Positions 45,010 to 54,622 of a stretch of 64,000 nt of DNA are shown in pieces; positions within the stretch are counted from its first letter, which is position 1; the number at the start of each line of letters is the position of its first letter. The translations under genes were made by a program, and so were the position numbers. Location: the IMG/VR virus record IMGVR_UViG_3300020048_005080, one strand, 5' to 3'. The DNA is from a virus. The notes beneath the pieces were generated by a model that saw only the letters and a list, made by a program, of their open reading frames with translations, ran no database searches and was not told where the DNA came from.

Positions 45010-46426
45010 ATAATTTTTTACTTGATCTTGTGTATGCTGTATATTTTATTCTATTTCTTTCTACAACATTTGGATTAACATCTATATCATCTTCCAAAAC
45101 GAAAGCTGTTGTATATGTACTTCCTTGCGATTTGTGAGCAGTTATAGAATATGCGTAGCTAACATCAGCAAATCTCCTGATAAAGTCATAATACTTTATC
45201 CATGATTTTTCCTTGCCTCTTTTTTCTATTGCTATCTTTTTTAATTTGTTCGCTAGAACAAAGAAATATGATTCGCTGTCTTCATGAAGTATATCAATAA
45301 AATATGTAACCTTCTTGTCTTCATCATTCAAAAATGTAACACCAGTTTCATAATATTTTAATGTGCCTTCCTCGTCAGCAACTCTGACCTTCTCTTTTTT
45401 TATTTCGAATTTATCAACAGTAAATTCGTCGTTGGTATTAAAAAGAATTTGACCCATTTCTATTATAGGATTATTTGCTATAAGCTTTTCACCTAGTAAT
45501 ATCTTAGATCCAATAGATTCATCACCATAAATAACTTTCCTTACAAGCTGATTCATCTTCTCAACAGTCTTATTCCTCCATGCAATTATTTTAGAATATT
45601 CAGGATCTTCTTTAAAATCTTCACTATTAAAATAGGATGAGAGTATATCATTAAAGGATTCTCTGATTGATGATGAGTTAAGGTTAAGAAATTCTATACC
45701 CTCTCCTTTATCATTCAACATAGATTCTACCCCAGTCTCAATATAAGGATTTTCTAAATCAGTTCTAATTAATACTGATGTATCGATTATAGGATTATCT
45801 CCTTTCTGTCTCATGATGGTTTTTAACTCCAAAGTTTTTATTCCATACATTTCTAATAGTTCATCTCTAAAAGGAATACAATCAGGTTTACCAACAGGTG
45901 GGATTTGAGCAGGATCTCCCATGCAGATTATCTTAATATCACTTCTATATCTAAGAATCTCGTGAAATAAATCATCATTAAGCATAGAAACTTCGTCTAT
46001 TATAAGAAGCTTTGTCTTTCTTATTTGTGGCTCAAAATCTCCTTGATTTACAAACTCTTGCTGACCGTCAGAGGTGATTCTTTCAGTCAGGCCCAAAAGC
46101 TTGTGTATGGTCTGAAAAGTTACCCTTGCATTCTTTATTCCTGTGGTTTTTTTAATAACTCTAACAGATTTATTAGTTGGGCCTGTTACTGCTATTTTGT
46201 ACCAATTTTTGTTCGGATAAATCACATCAAGGACATACCTTACCAAGAAACTCACACAATAGGTTTTACCTGTTCCTGCCCATCCCTTTAATACGTAAAT
46301 ATTATCATCATTCTTATCATGAATAAAATCTTTCAACTCGTCAAAAGCTTTCTTCTGATCACCATTTAATGTGGAAATATCTACTATTGGTTTGTATTTT
46401 TTTTCCTTAACTTTTTCCTCACTCAT
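44990..46426 (-). CDS. SF1B DNA helicase (Dda/RecD-like)
   Basis: Walker A is LKGWAGTGKTY and Walker B is LLIIDEVSM. Also present are GDPAQIPPV and SITAHKSQGSTY. Confidence 0.85.
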   Translation of the reverse strand: MSEEKVKEKKYKPIVDISTLNGDQKKAFDELKDFIHDKNDDNIYVLKGWAGTGKTYCVSFLVRYVLDVIYPNKNWYKIAVTGPTNKSVRVIKKTTGIKNARVTFQTIHKLLGLTERITSDGQQEFVNQGDFEPQIRKTKLLIIDEVSMLNDDLFHEILRYRSDIKIICMGDPAQIPPVGKPDCIPFRDELLEMYGIKTLELKTIMRQKGDNPIIDTSVLIRTDLENPYIETGVESMLNDKGEGIEFLNLNSSSIRESFNDILSSYFNSEDFKEDPEYSKIIAWRNKTVEKMNQLVRKVIYGDESIGSKILLGEKLIANNPIIEMGQILFNTNDEFTVDKFEIKKEKVRVADEEGTLKYYETGVTFLNDEDKKVTYFIDILHEDSESYFFVLANKLKKIAIEKRGKEKSWIKYYDFIRRFADVSYAYSITAHKSQGSTYTTAFVLEDDIDVNPNVVERNRIKYTAYTRSSKKLYVLKRF

Positions 46427-46429
46427 TTC

Positions 46430-47002
46430 TTACAAAATAATCTCGTCTATAACTTTAAGTTTAATTGCTTCATTTGAATCCATATACCAATCTTTTTTTG
46501 CTTTATAGATTCTTTCTAATTTTTTAGCAGTAATTCCTGTTTGTTGAAGAGTAATTTCTTCAACCTGTTTTTGTAGTCTTAGCATTTCAATAAGCTCTTC
46601 TTCCATATCTTTTGATTTCCCGAAAGCGCCTCCACCAACTTGGTGATAAAGATATGTTGATCTCTCATATCCATATCTCTTGTGTCCTGAAATTGAAATT
46701 AGGAATCCGCAAGACATAGCACATCCAGTAACTATAGTGTGAATAGGAACTTTGCTAGTTTTCATTATGCCTAAAAGCCCCATACACTGATAAACTAATC
46801 CTCCATATGAATCTATGTATAGCTTTATCGGTTTTGCTATGTATACTAGATCGTGAGCTTCGTATATTCTTCTAATGTACTCATCATGATCGTTAATCTC
46901 AATTATTTCTTTCGAGATAGCATTAATAGAACTTTGCGAGACCTGACGATCAAGAAATAGTTTTCTTTCCTTTGGACTTGGTAAATTGATAGTTTCTGCC
47001 AT
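46430..47002 (-). CDS. ClpP-like serine peptidase (S14)
   Basis: IDSYGGLV, TGCAMSCGFLI (the catalytic Ser context), and GHKRYG. Confidence 0.75.
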   Translation of the reverse strand: MAETINLPSPKERKLFLDRQVSQSSINAISKEIIEINDHDEYIRRIYEAHDLVYIAKPIKLYIDSYGGLVYQCMGLLGIMKTSKVPIHTIVTGCAMSCGFLISISGHKRYGYERSTYLYHQVGGGAFGKSKDMEEELIEMLRLQKQVEEITLQQTGITAKKLERIYKAKKDWYMDSNEAIKLKVIDEIIL

Positions 47003-47003
47003 T

Positions 47004-47525
47004 TTATTTTGTTATGTGTAGTTTTATTTGATGTAAACAATCTTTATTATATAGATTGAATATAGGGATAAAGTTTCTCTTAGCAATTCTAAGAGCCTGT
47101 CCAGTACCTCCATCTATTCTACCACCTTTAGTCCAACACACAATAAATGAAACAGGGGTTTTGAGATCATCGCCTAGAACTTGGAATGTATTTCTAGTCA
47201 TAAGTTTTTTTGCAGCTTCCGATAAATAATTCCAAGAAGGATGGTTAGCTTTAGCTATCTCCCTAGCTTCAGCTATTTTAACCTGATCCATATTGTCAAG
47301 ATACAGATCGGAGATATTATCATTGAAGCCTTTCCATGGTAAATAAATTTGTTTATCATGAATGCAATGCTTTTCGAACATAGAATCAGCACCAGGAGCA
47401 CCCCCTGATCTTAACGTGTATCCGAAAATTCCTAAAAACCGAGCAGCTTCCTCTATCATCGGTTCTACCCCAGGAGGAGTTTCTCTGGAACCTATTCCAG
47501 CATAAAATTTATTAGCGGTTTCCAT
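47004..47525 (-). CDS. SLOG/DprA(Smf)-like Rossmann protein
   Basis: GIGSRETPPG...LRSGGAPGADSMFEKH. Confidence 0.5.
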   Translation of the reverse strand: METANKFYAGIGSRETPPGVEPMIEEAARFLGIFGYTLRSGGAPGADSMFEKHCIHDKQIYLPWKGFNDNISDLYLDNMDQVKIAEAREIAKANHPSWNYLSEAAKKLMTRNTFQVLGDDLKTPVSFIVCWTKGGRIDGGTGQALRIAKRNFIPIFNLYNKDCLHQIKLHITK

Positions 47526-47530
47526 TAAAA

Positions 47531-47830
47531 TTATTTGGTGTTTTCTTCTTGTAATTTTTTGTAGTGATCTTTTCCTGATCCTTTTACATATTGTACTGAA
47601 ACCCCTTTTGGTGTATGTAGTTCTACAAATAAAGGATTACCTATTGCAAGACAAATATGTATATCTCTCGAGTTAAGCTTCATTTCAAGTAGGAATTCCC
47701 GATCCTTTCCTAGAAATTTAATTTTGCTGTCTGTGATGTCTAAGGATTCACCGATCTTTATGTTTATACATTTCTCGCTCTCAACGAAAGCTTCCCAATC
47801 TGTTAATGCTGGTGATTGATGTTTTTCCAT
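47531..47830 (-). CDS. hypothetical protein
   Basis: 99-aa ORF. Confidence 0.4.
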   Translation of the reverse strand: MEKHQSPALTDWEAFVESEKCINIKIGESLDITDSKIKFLGKDREFLLEMKLNSRDIHICLAIGNPLFVELHTPKGVSVQYVKGSGKDHYKKLQEENTK

Positions 47831-47832
47831 CG

Positions 47833-48210
47833 TTATAATATTATTTTCTTTTTAACAAGCATTTCCCTAACTTTGACCCAGTCAACAAAATCTCGGTGCT
47901 CAGAAACTAGCGGACATCCCAAAGCAGCGTCGTCAATATAAAGCTGGCAAAAAGCTTTTGGTGATGAAGTCCAAGATGATTGCTCGGGATTAGTTTGAAT
48001 ACCATAGAGAGGAATTTCGTTTTCTTTAAACCAATTTATTGCATCATCCAAGAAATTGCCCTTATCACCATTCGATCTCATTGTCCATAAGATTAGACTA
48101 TGACCATTAGCAATGAGTTCTTTTAGTACTGGAGCAGCTCCAATATCTCTTCCTACATATGGAAACGCGTGAACTACACAAGTTCCATCAAAATCAATTC
48201 CAATTACCAT
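47833..48210 (-). CDS. small HAD-superfamily phosphatase
   Basis: Motif I is IGIDFDGT and motif IV is YIDDA. Confidence 0.55.
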   Translation of the reverse strand: MVIGIDFDGTCVVHAFPYVGRDIGAAPVLKELIANGHSLILWTMRSNGDKGNFLDDAINWFKENEIPLYGIQTNPEQSSWTSSPKAFCQLYIDDAALGCPLVSEHRDFVDWVKVREMLVKKKIIL

Positions 48211-48211
48211 A

Positions 48212-48364
48212 CTACTTATTTTCTTTCACTTCAGCTATAGTCTTTTTAAATATCCCTTTAGCTACAAAGTATTCTCTTAATTTTTTACCTAGATCCAAAT
48301 CATTTGGATATTTTATAACCATCTCCTCAATAGTTCTGATTTCATCAATTTTATTATCGCTCAT
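48212..48364 (-). CDS. small hypothetical protein (50 aa, below the track threshold)
   Basis: MSDNKIDEIRTIEEMVIKYPNDLDLGKKLREYF... Confidence 0.2.
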   Translation of the reverse strand: MSDNKIDEIRTIEEMVIKYPNDLDLGKKLREYFVAKGIFKKTIAEVKENK

Positions 48365-48398
48365 AATCTTTTATTTATTATACCGAATTAAAATTGTT

Positions 48399-48908
48399 TT
48401 ATTTCGTTAATAAACTTTCAGATGCTTTTGAATAATCTAATAAATTGTCTCCTCCTGGATTTTTACCTGGATTAACTTTCTGCTTGTCCCAGTATTCATG
48501 AAGAGAATCTTCAGAGAAAAATCCAACAGGAAATATATCTACACAAAGTCTATCAAGAGATAATTCATCAATACCCTCTTGCTTCATTTTGTATGCTATG
48601 TAATAAGTGTACATAACAGCAGCTCCTGGAGTCGAACAAGAAAGAGATATTAAAAGTCTAGAAGCTTTATCAAGCTTACAGTCAATATGATCCAATCTGC
48701 CTTCTAATATTCCTAAAATCCAATGCTTTGATTTAATATCATCATACATTTCCTCAATCTTATCAGGTGAAAGTTGAAGTAATGTGATAAGGATTTTCAT
48801 TTGTTGTTCATCTAATCCTTTTCTTACACCATTTTCGTCTAATGGTTTACAAAAGATCATTTCTACGCTGTCAGGTAATTGTGTTACCTCATAATCTAAA
48901 TAAGTCAT
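48399..48908 (-). CDS. hypothetical protein
   Basis: 169-aa ORF. Confidence 0.5.
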   Translation of the reverse strand: MTYLDYEVTQLPDSVEMIFCKPLDENGVRKGLDEQQMKILITLLQLSPDKIEEMYDDIKSKHWILGILEGRLDHIDCKLDKASRLLISLSCSTPGAAVMYTYYIAYKMKQEGIDELSLDRLCVDIFPVGFFSEDSLHEYWDKQKVNPGKNPGGDNLLDYSKASESLLTK

Positions 48909-48959
48909 GTTTTTAATTTTTTAATTATGCTATAAATTGTACTTATGAAACATACATAA

Positions 48960-49301
48960 TTAGATTTTTAAATCTTGTGTGTGTCTCTTAATAAATTGCG
49001 CTTTAGTAAGGAGTGAGGCATTAGTTTTTAAACCAATCATTCTATTGATATCCTTCTCTGTGATGTACAAAGGTTTTTTATTCTTATAGAAAAAGCTACC
49101 TTTGGTTTTCTCTATGAAAGAAACCCTCTCGATGAACTTAGAAGAGTTCTCTTCCGTTATCTCTCTCATTCCCACTATCATTGTACAAAAAATTATTGTA
49201 CGATATGGTTCTTTCATCTGTGTATTTTCTTGCGTAATTTCGCTTCTTTCCCACAATTTTTTGTAATCCTTTATTTGAGATAAGTCATAATTTAGTGCCA
49301 T
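48960..49301 (-). CDS. hypothetical protein
   Basis: 113-aa ORF. Confidence 0.45.
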   Translation of the reverse strand: MALNYDLSQIKDYKKLWERSEITQENTQMKEPYRTIIFCTMIVGMREITEENSSKFIERVSFIEKTKGSFFYKNKKPLYITEKDINRMIGLKTNASLLTKAQFIKRHTQDLKI

Positions 49302-49312
49302 GATATTTAAGT

Positions 49313-49768
49313 TTAATTTGTTTTTATTAAATGTTCAACAAAATTTAATGTGACTATATCCATTGACGATTCAATGAAAGACACAGGATTTGCATATATT
49401 TCACCGTTAACTCTAGCGATCTCGTCAGAAGTTAATTTGTAATCCGTCCCGTCAGCATAATGAATTTCAGCTTTTGTTACTTGGTTATCGTCCCAGCTAA
49501 AATCTATCAATCTTTTAATCTCTTTGTTATTAATAATAAAAGATACATTACCTTTTACTGGGGTAATAAAATAAATAGTACAAGATTCAACTTTTTCTCT
49601 TTCGAGTATATAATTTGCTATGCCCTCTGTTAGTTCGTCAGCAGTACGATTTCCTATGCTATTGTGCATTTGTATGTCTAATAAAAATCTATTAGACTCA
49701 GTATTTCTTGAATTTTTAATTTGATCCTTTTTCATTTGTTTCAGATTTAAAGTTCTGAGGGTATTCAC
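49313..49768 (-). CDS. hypothetical protein
   Basis: 151-aa ORF. Confidence 0.45.
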   Translation of the reverse strand: MNTLRTLNLKQMKKDQIKNSRNTESNRFLLDIQMHNSIGNRTADELTEGIANYILEREKVESCTIYFITPVKGNVSFIINNKEIKRLIDFSWDDNQVTKAEIHYADGTDYKLTSDEIARVNGEIYANPVSFIESSMDIVTLNFVEHLIKTN

Positions 49769-50177
49769 TTTTTGCTAATTTAATATATTTAGCTACATCT
49801 TCTTCTTTATCGGGAGATCTCATCATTATTCCCATTGTTAAAGAGAAATCGTACCATCCAAATGCGATGATCCAAGAATAATACAATTCTGAGCTTCCTT
49901 CTGGTAAATAAACTTCTCGTCTATATCCTTTGATGTAGTCGTAAGCATCTTTAAATTCTGCGGAAGGAAATCTTTCTTTTAATTCCTTCATAAATTCTTT
50001 TTCAGCTTCTCTAGCTTCAGCAGCTTCTTTTGGTTCGTGATCGTATCCGAAGTAAACCAAATCTTGATATTCAAGATTATCTTTCGAACTTGAGCTCTCC
50101 ATCGACATAAACTTTAATGATTGATTCGTCTTTAGTGATTCTTTTAATATATGCTCCAGGATTTTTAATCTTGTCAT
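49716..50177 (-). CDS. hypothetical protein
   Basis: 153-aa ORF. Confidence 0.45.
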   Translation of the reverse strand: MTRLKILEHILKESLKTNQSLKFMSMESSSSKDNLEYQDLVYFGYDHEPKEAAEAREAEKEFMKELKERFPSAEFKDAYDYIKGYRREVYLPEGSSELYYSWIIAFGWYDFSLTMGIMMRSPDKEEDVAKYIKLAKSEYPQNFKSETNEKGSN

Positions 50178-50289
50178 ATACTAATCTTAGACCTTTGTCG
50201 TTAAAAGTCTCTACTACAGAACCGCCAGGAATATGGCTTTCTGGATTTGTCCGGTAATTATCCAGGACCTTAATAATTTTTTCACCCAT
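50077..50289 (-). CDS. hypothetical protein
   Basis: 70-aa ORF, the first gene after the promoter cassette at 50295-50345. Confidence 0.4.
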   Translation of the reverse strand: MGEKIIKVLDNYRTNPESHIPGGSVVETFNDKGLRLVYDKIKNPGAYIKRITKDESIIKVYVDGELKFER

Positions 50290-50294
50290 ATTAG

Positions 50295-50345
50295 TTATTT
50301 TGGGTAAATATAGAAACTTCTAGTTGTATAAAAAAATGATTTCAG
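50295..50345 (-). promoter_or_regulatory. promoter cassette
   Basis: On the minus strand: GAAATCATTTTTTTATACAACTAGAAGTTTCTATATTTACC. Confidence 0.55.
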
Positions 50346-50348
50346 AAA

Positions 50349-51122
50349 TTATGCTAGAGGAGCTCCAGATTCCCATGTTTTTTTGTATGGCCCAACGTAT
50401 CTGAATGATGCAGTTTGTGAAGGATTTCTTGCAGCAACACTAGACCAGCTATTTAGATTATAGTTCATTTCAATCTGTCCTTTTTTGTCTCCTTTAAATC
50501 CACCTGATGAATTTGAAATTATATTTCCTCCATCTATAACAACACCAACGTGACCGGGTTTTGATGCTCTAGCAGTTAGTATTATATCTCCAGGTTGTGA
50601 TCCATTTTTCCAATCTGTAATTTTTTGCCAAACTCCGCCGCTCTTTTTACTCTCAGAATCCATATAACTCCAAAGAGATCCCGTTCCAAGAGTAATAGCT
50701 CCTGATCCAGCTATAGCATATCCAGTTGCTCTATAGAATATAATAGAAGCTGCTGCTGCACATCCCAAATTACCTCCACCTGTACCCGGTATTTTTCTTG
50801 TTGATACATTAAGATTAGCATAAGCTGAATTGACTATGTTTCCTATAGGACCTCTAAGTGGTTGTTTTAATTCTGCTGAGTCATTTTTGTCAGTGATACC
50901 CACTGTTGATCCAAAAGAATCCATTTGACTTGTGTTTACATTAGCTATAGGAACTAATGCTTGGCCTAATCCTACTGGAGATTCTGCTGCAAAAAGATTA
51001 GGTTCTGCCATTCCTGTATCCTCAACAGAAATTCCCATCAATTTATTAAACATGGCTATTTCAGATCTAAACAATTGCTCGTTTACTATTTTAAAATTCT
51101 CTATACTTTTGAGATGTTTCAT
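50349..51122 (-). CDS. CHAP/NlpC-P60-like peptidase with N-terminal targeting tag
   Basis: MKHLKSIENFKIVNEQLF at the N-terminus. GCAAAASIIFY carries the candidate catalytic Cys, and PGHVGVVID the candidate His. Confidence 0.6.
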   Translation of the reverse strand: MKHLKSIENFKIVNEQLFRSEIAMFNKLMGISVEDTGMAEPNLFAAESPVGLGQALVPIANVNTSQMDSFGSTVGITDKNDSAELKQPLRGPIGNIVNSAYANLNVSTRKIPGTGGGNLGCAAAASIIFYRATGYAIAGSGAITLGTGSLWSYMDSESKKSGGVWQKITDWKNGSQPGDIILTARASKPGHVGVVIDGGNIISNSSGGFKGDKKGQIEMNYNLNSWSSVAARNPSQTASFRYVGPYKKTWESGAPLA

Positions 51123-51124
51123 TA

Positions 51125-51913
51125 TTAAATGTATTTCATTAATGCTTCAACTGCATCATTATTTGTATCCATGTGATCGTTTTTATTATTCGATACTGAT
51201 TTTGAAACAGCCTGGGAAATTGAGTTTCTTGCTGTATTGTTATCTGCTCCAAAACTAGTATAGTAATATTCAACCTTTCCTTTATTTTCTCTAGCTAGCT
51301 TAGTATAAAAATCAGATACTGAAGCATTACCCATCCATATATCAACAAGATATATTTTATCAAAGGCATCAGCGCCAACACTTTTTAATAATTCCATTCC
51401 TGGTTTATATCCCCCGGAAAATAAATATAGTATCTTTTTAGATGGATTTATATCTTTTTTCATTACTGAATCATAAGAAGCCTTACCATTGACATTTGAA
51501 TTAGATGCGACAAAAAGATTAAGCTTGTTTCCTGTTTTATTAAAGTAATCGTACATATACTCTCCACTTTGTTTTCCTCCTACTGGAATTCCACCAAAAA
51601 CAATAGCTAATGGCGATGTTTTACTTGCACCATCACTAAATTTACCATAATCTCCTACACTTCCTGCTGCCTTACCTGGTGCAGGCCCTGTTCCCCCTTT
51701 ATTATCTTTAGAATCTCCTTCCGCAGATTTAGGATCCATAATTTTTAAAAGACCCTTAGTGAGTTCCCTAGTATCATTACCGAATAATTGTTCGTTTACT
51801 TGCTTAAACTCATCTATTGATTTTAAATGCCTCATTCTATTTCTTTTATTATGTATATAACCCAATGTTGAAATAATAAAAACCAGTGCTATAATAACAT
51901 AAGATCTTATCAT
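51125..51913 (-). CDS. hypothetical protein carrying the MRHLKSIDEFKQVNEQLF tag (the true start may be the internal Met at 51835)
   Basis: The tag starts at residue 27 of the longest ORF. The upstream 26 aa are hydrophobic. Confidence 0.5.
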   Translation of the reverse strand: MIRSYVIIALVFIISTLGYIHNKRNRMRHLKSIDEFKQVNEQLFGNDTRELTKGLLKIMDPKSAEGDSKDNKGGTGPAPGKAAGSVGDYGKFSDGASKTSPLAIVFGGIPVGGKQSGEYMYDYFNKTGNKLNLFVASNSNVNGKASYDSVMKKDINPSKKILYLFSGGYKPGMELLKSVGADAFDKIYLVDIWMGNASVSDFYTKLARENKGKVEYYYTSFGADNNTARNSISQAVSKSVSNNKNDHMDTNNDAVEALMKYI

Positions 51914-51949
51914 ATACTATATATCAAAAAAAATGTACGTGTTTTTAAA

Positions 51950-51980
51950 ATAAGGGAGGGTACTTAATGTACCTTCCCTT
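51950..51980 (-). terminator. hairpin terminator
   Basis: AAGGGAGGGTAC-TTAA-TGTACCTTCCCTT followed by TTATTTG. Confidence 0.5.
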
Positions 51981-52961
51981 TTATTTGTCTAATATCCAAG
52001 AAAAGATAAGTGGAGCAACAATAGTTGCATCTGACTCGACAATAAATTTAGGTGTGTTAGTATCCAATTTACCCCAAGTGATCTTTTCATTTGGTACTGC
52101 TCCCGAGTAAGATCCATATGATGTTGTAGAATCTGAAATTTGACAGAAATAAGCCCAGAATGGTACATCTTCCCATTCAAGATCTTGGTACATCATCGGA
52201 ACAACACATATTGGAAAGTCCCCTGCAATACCTCCTCCGATTTGGAAGAATCCTATTCCAGGCTCAGAACAATTGTTTCTGTACCATTCACTAAGGTAAA
52301 CCATATATTCAATACCATTTCTCACCGTATTAGGCTCCAATTCTCCTTTTATAACATAAGAAGCAAAGATATTACCTAATGTGGAATCCTCCCATCCAGG
52401 TACAACCATTGGAAGATTTCTTTCCGCTGCAGCAATCATCCAGGAGTCTTTAGGATCAATCTCATAATATTGCGTAAGAATTCCGCTATTAATTAGCATG
52501 TACATGAATTCATGAGGAAAGTATTTTTTACCCTCGGCTTCCGCTTCTTTCCATAGATCATAAATATAAGATTGTAATCTTCTAAAAGCTTCTTCCTCAG
52601 GAATACAAGTGTCAGTGACTCTATTTAAACCTTGATCTAACAATTCTCTTTCTTGCTCTGGTGTAAGATCCCTATAATTAGGTATTCTTTTATAATGAGA
52701 ATGTGCTACAAGATTCATTAAATCCTCTTCCAAGTTAGCTCCAGTACAAGATATAATATCAACTTTACCAGCTCTAATCATTTCAGCTAAAGAAATACCA
52801 ATCTCTGCTGTACTCATTGCACCAGCAAGAGAAATTAGCATCTTGCCACCTTTATCTATATGTGTCTCGTAACCAATTGCTGCATCCTTTAATGCTGCAG
52901 AATTAAAATGCTTATAATTTCTATTAATAAACATTGATATAGGACCTTTCTTCTTTACCAT
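51981..52961 (-). CDS. deoxyhypusine synthase-like / homospermidine synthase-like enzyme
   Basis: KMLISLAGAMSTAEIG, DIISCTGANLEEDL and EKITWGKLD track the DHS family, which is NAD-dependent. Confidence 0.65.
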   Translation of the reverse strand: MVKKKGPISMFINRNYKHFNSAALKDAAIGYETHIDKGGKMLISLAGAMSTAEIGISLAEMIRAGKVDIISCTGANLEEDLMNLVAHSHYKRIPNYRDLTPEQERELLDQGLNRVTDTCIPEEEAFRRLQSYIYDLWKEAEAEGKKYFPHEFMYMLINSGILTQYYEIDPKDSWMIAAAERNLPMVVPGWEDSTLGNIFASYVIKGELEPNTVRNGIEYMVYLSEWYRNNCSEPGIGFFQIGGGIAGDFPICVVPMMYQDLEWEDVPFWAYFCQISDSTTSYGSYSGAVPNEKITWGKLDTNTPKFIVESDATIVAPLIFSWILDK

Positions 52962-53070
52962 ATTATCTTTATTTAGTTATAGTGAGATTGTATGAAATTA
53001 TTTCGAATATATAATATACAATAATATGTAGTAAATTCTTATATTTACAAAAATACTAATATAAAACCCT

Positions 53071-53292
53071 ATGAAGTCTTACGAAAAACAATTGGAAGAA
53101 TTTGGAAGAGAAATTGCTGACGAGGTTATCTCTAAAGAAAAAGATTACAAATACGAAGCATCTTTAGACCGATACCAAATATCAAGATCCCTATCTTCTA
53201 TATACAGTCAGGATTTAAGAAAAACTACAGAAGATTTAGACAGATCAATAAATAAATCGCTGGCTAGAATGAGAAGCCAGGATCAATACTAA
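53071..53292 (+). CDS. hypothetical protein
   Basis: 73-aa ORF preceded by TTCTTATATTTAC. Confidence 0.35.
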   Translation: MKSYEKQLEEFGREIADEVISKEKDYKYEASLDRYQISRSLSSIYSQDLRKTTEDLDRSINKSLARMRSQDQY

Positions 53293-53597
53293 ATACCTCT
53301 AACTAATCTCACATACAATTCATTAGATTGATCTGTAATGTGTGGTGAATATCCCTTAGATAGATTGTAGTACCATGCTTTAGTACCTGACGAAGATGCT
53401 GACCAATATTTATCAGGTTTAAATCTACCTATTCCTAATTTATCAAAGTCATAAATACTTTTAAATTCAGCTTCTGTTGGTAGTCTCCATCCGTTCCCAC
53501 CTAATGCTTCAAGTTCTCCTGCCACTGAGGTCCATGGCATTTTATTAGGAAGATCTTCTGCCATTATTTCCAATTTATCAAAAATAATATTGTTCAT
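53289..53597 (-). CDS. DUF1566 (Lcl C-terminal)-like protein
   Basis: GWRLPTEAEFKSIYDFDKLG...YWSAS. Confidence 0.45.
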   Translation of the reverse strand: MNNIIFDKLEIMAEDLPNKMPWTSVAGELEALGGNGWRLPTEAEFKSIYDFDKLGIGRFKPDKYWSASSSGTKAWYYNLSKGYSPHITDQSNELYVRLVRGI

Positions 53598-53634
53598 ATA
53601 TCCTATATATTAAAGAATGTATAATATATAATAT

Positions 53635-54150
53635 ATGTTCAAATATATCTCAAAAATTCTAGCACAATTCTCAACGCCACAAAAAATAGTGGCTCTTTCT
53701 ATGCTACTTTTAGCAATAGTAATAATATCCATAGCTCCTTCTATTATTTCTTCTGTAACATTAGATAGAGATGAATTAAATTCGGAAATAAAAAGACAAG
53801 ATACTAAAATAAAAAATCTAGAAATCCATGCAGATTCTTTGGAATATAAGATAAGAAAAAGTGGTATGGAATGTACAAACCAAATAGTTCTTAGAGAAGA
53901 GGAATTCTTAGAAATGTTGGAAAATCTAAAAGGTGACCTTAGAAATCATAATAATATGGAAGATAGAATAGTAAGACTTAATACTGTTTCAAAAGAAAAA
54001 AGAATATACCAAGTTGGAGACTCTTCTGTATCTATGATGATGGTACATGAAGAACCAAGACAAGAAAAAGTAATAATCTATAAAAAACCACAAATCAGTT
54101 CAACTCTATCGTTGATAGATGAGATGAAAAAGAAGATAAAAAAGAATTAA
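53635..54150 (+). CDS. membrane coiled-coil protein
   Basis: N-terminal TM plus a coiled coil. Confidence 0.45.
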   Translation: MFKYISKILAQFSTPQKIVALSMLLLAIVIISIAPSIISSVTLDRDELNSEIKRQDTKIKNLEIHADSLEYKIRKSGMECTNQIVLREEEFLEMLENLKGDLRNHNNMEDRIVRLNTVSKEKRIYQVGDSSVSMMMVHEEPRQEKVIIYKKPQISSTLSLIDEMKKKIKKN

Positions 54151-54522
54151 TTATCTAGGAAAATCTTTCCCTCTAGCAACTACGTGTATTTCGCAATCTT
54201 CGGGTTTAAATAAATCCTTAGTTATCTGTATAGCTCTTTCAACATCAAAATCTTTACAAGAGAATATATCAATGAAGCAATATCCTTTATCTTCGAATGA
54301 ATGAACAGATATATGGCTTTCCGCAATAATAACTATTCCAGTAATTCCTTTATCTTCTGGTACTAATCCTGAATAAGGGAAAACATATGGCTGAGTTATA
54401 GGGGTCATGTGAATTAACTCCGGGAGTGATTTTAAATAATTGAAATGTAAGTTATAATCTGATAATACTTCTTTTGGGCATCCTTTTAAATCGAGTGTAA
54501 TGTGAGGTCCAAATTCTTCCAT
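54151..54522 (-). CDS. speH: S-adenosylmethionine decarboxylase proenzyme, SpeH class (pyruvoyl-dependent)
   Basis: GPHITLDLKGC and IAESHISVHSFEDKGYCFIDIFSC, which holds the ES self-cleavage site and resembles the ESH(I/L)S(V)HTWPE motif. Confidence 0.75.
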   Translation of the reverse strand: MEEFGPHITLDLKGCPKEVLSDYNLHFNYLKSLPELIHMTPITQPYVFPYSGLVPEDKGITGIVIIAESHISVHSFEDKGYCFIDIFSCKDFDVERAIQITKDLFKPEDCEIHVVARGKDFPR

Positions 54523-54572
54523 TTCTTTAAAAATTATTTACTGATTATATATCCCCCTTATTACAAAAAACC

Positions 54573-54612
54573 ACAAAAAAAGCCTGTTTTTTAAAACAGG
54601 CTAATATTTTTA
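54573..54612 (-). terminator. rho-independent terminator
   Basis: AGCCTGTTTT-TTAA-AACAGGCT perfect hairpin between an A-run and a T-run. Confidence 0.65.
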
Positions 54613-54622
54613 TGAGAAATTA

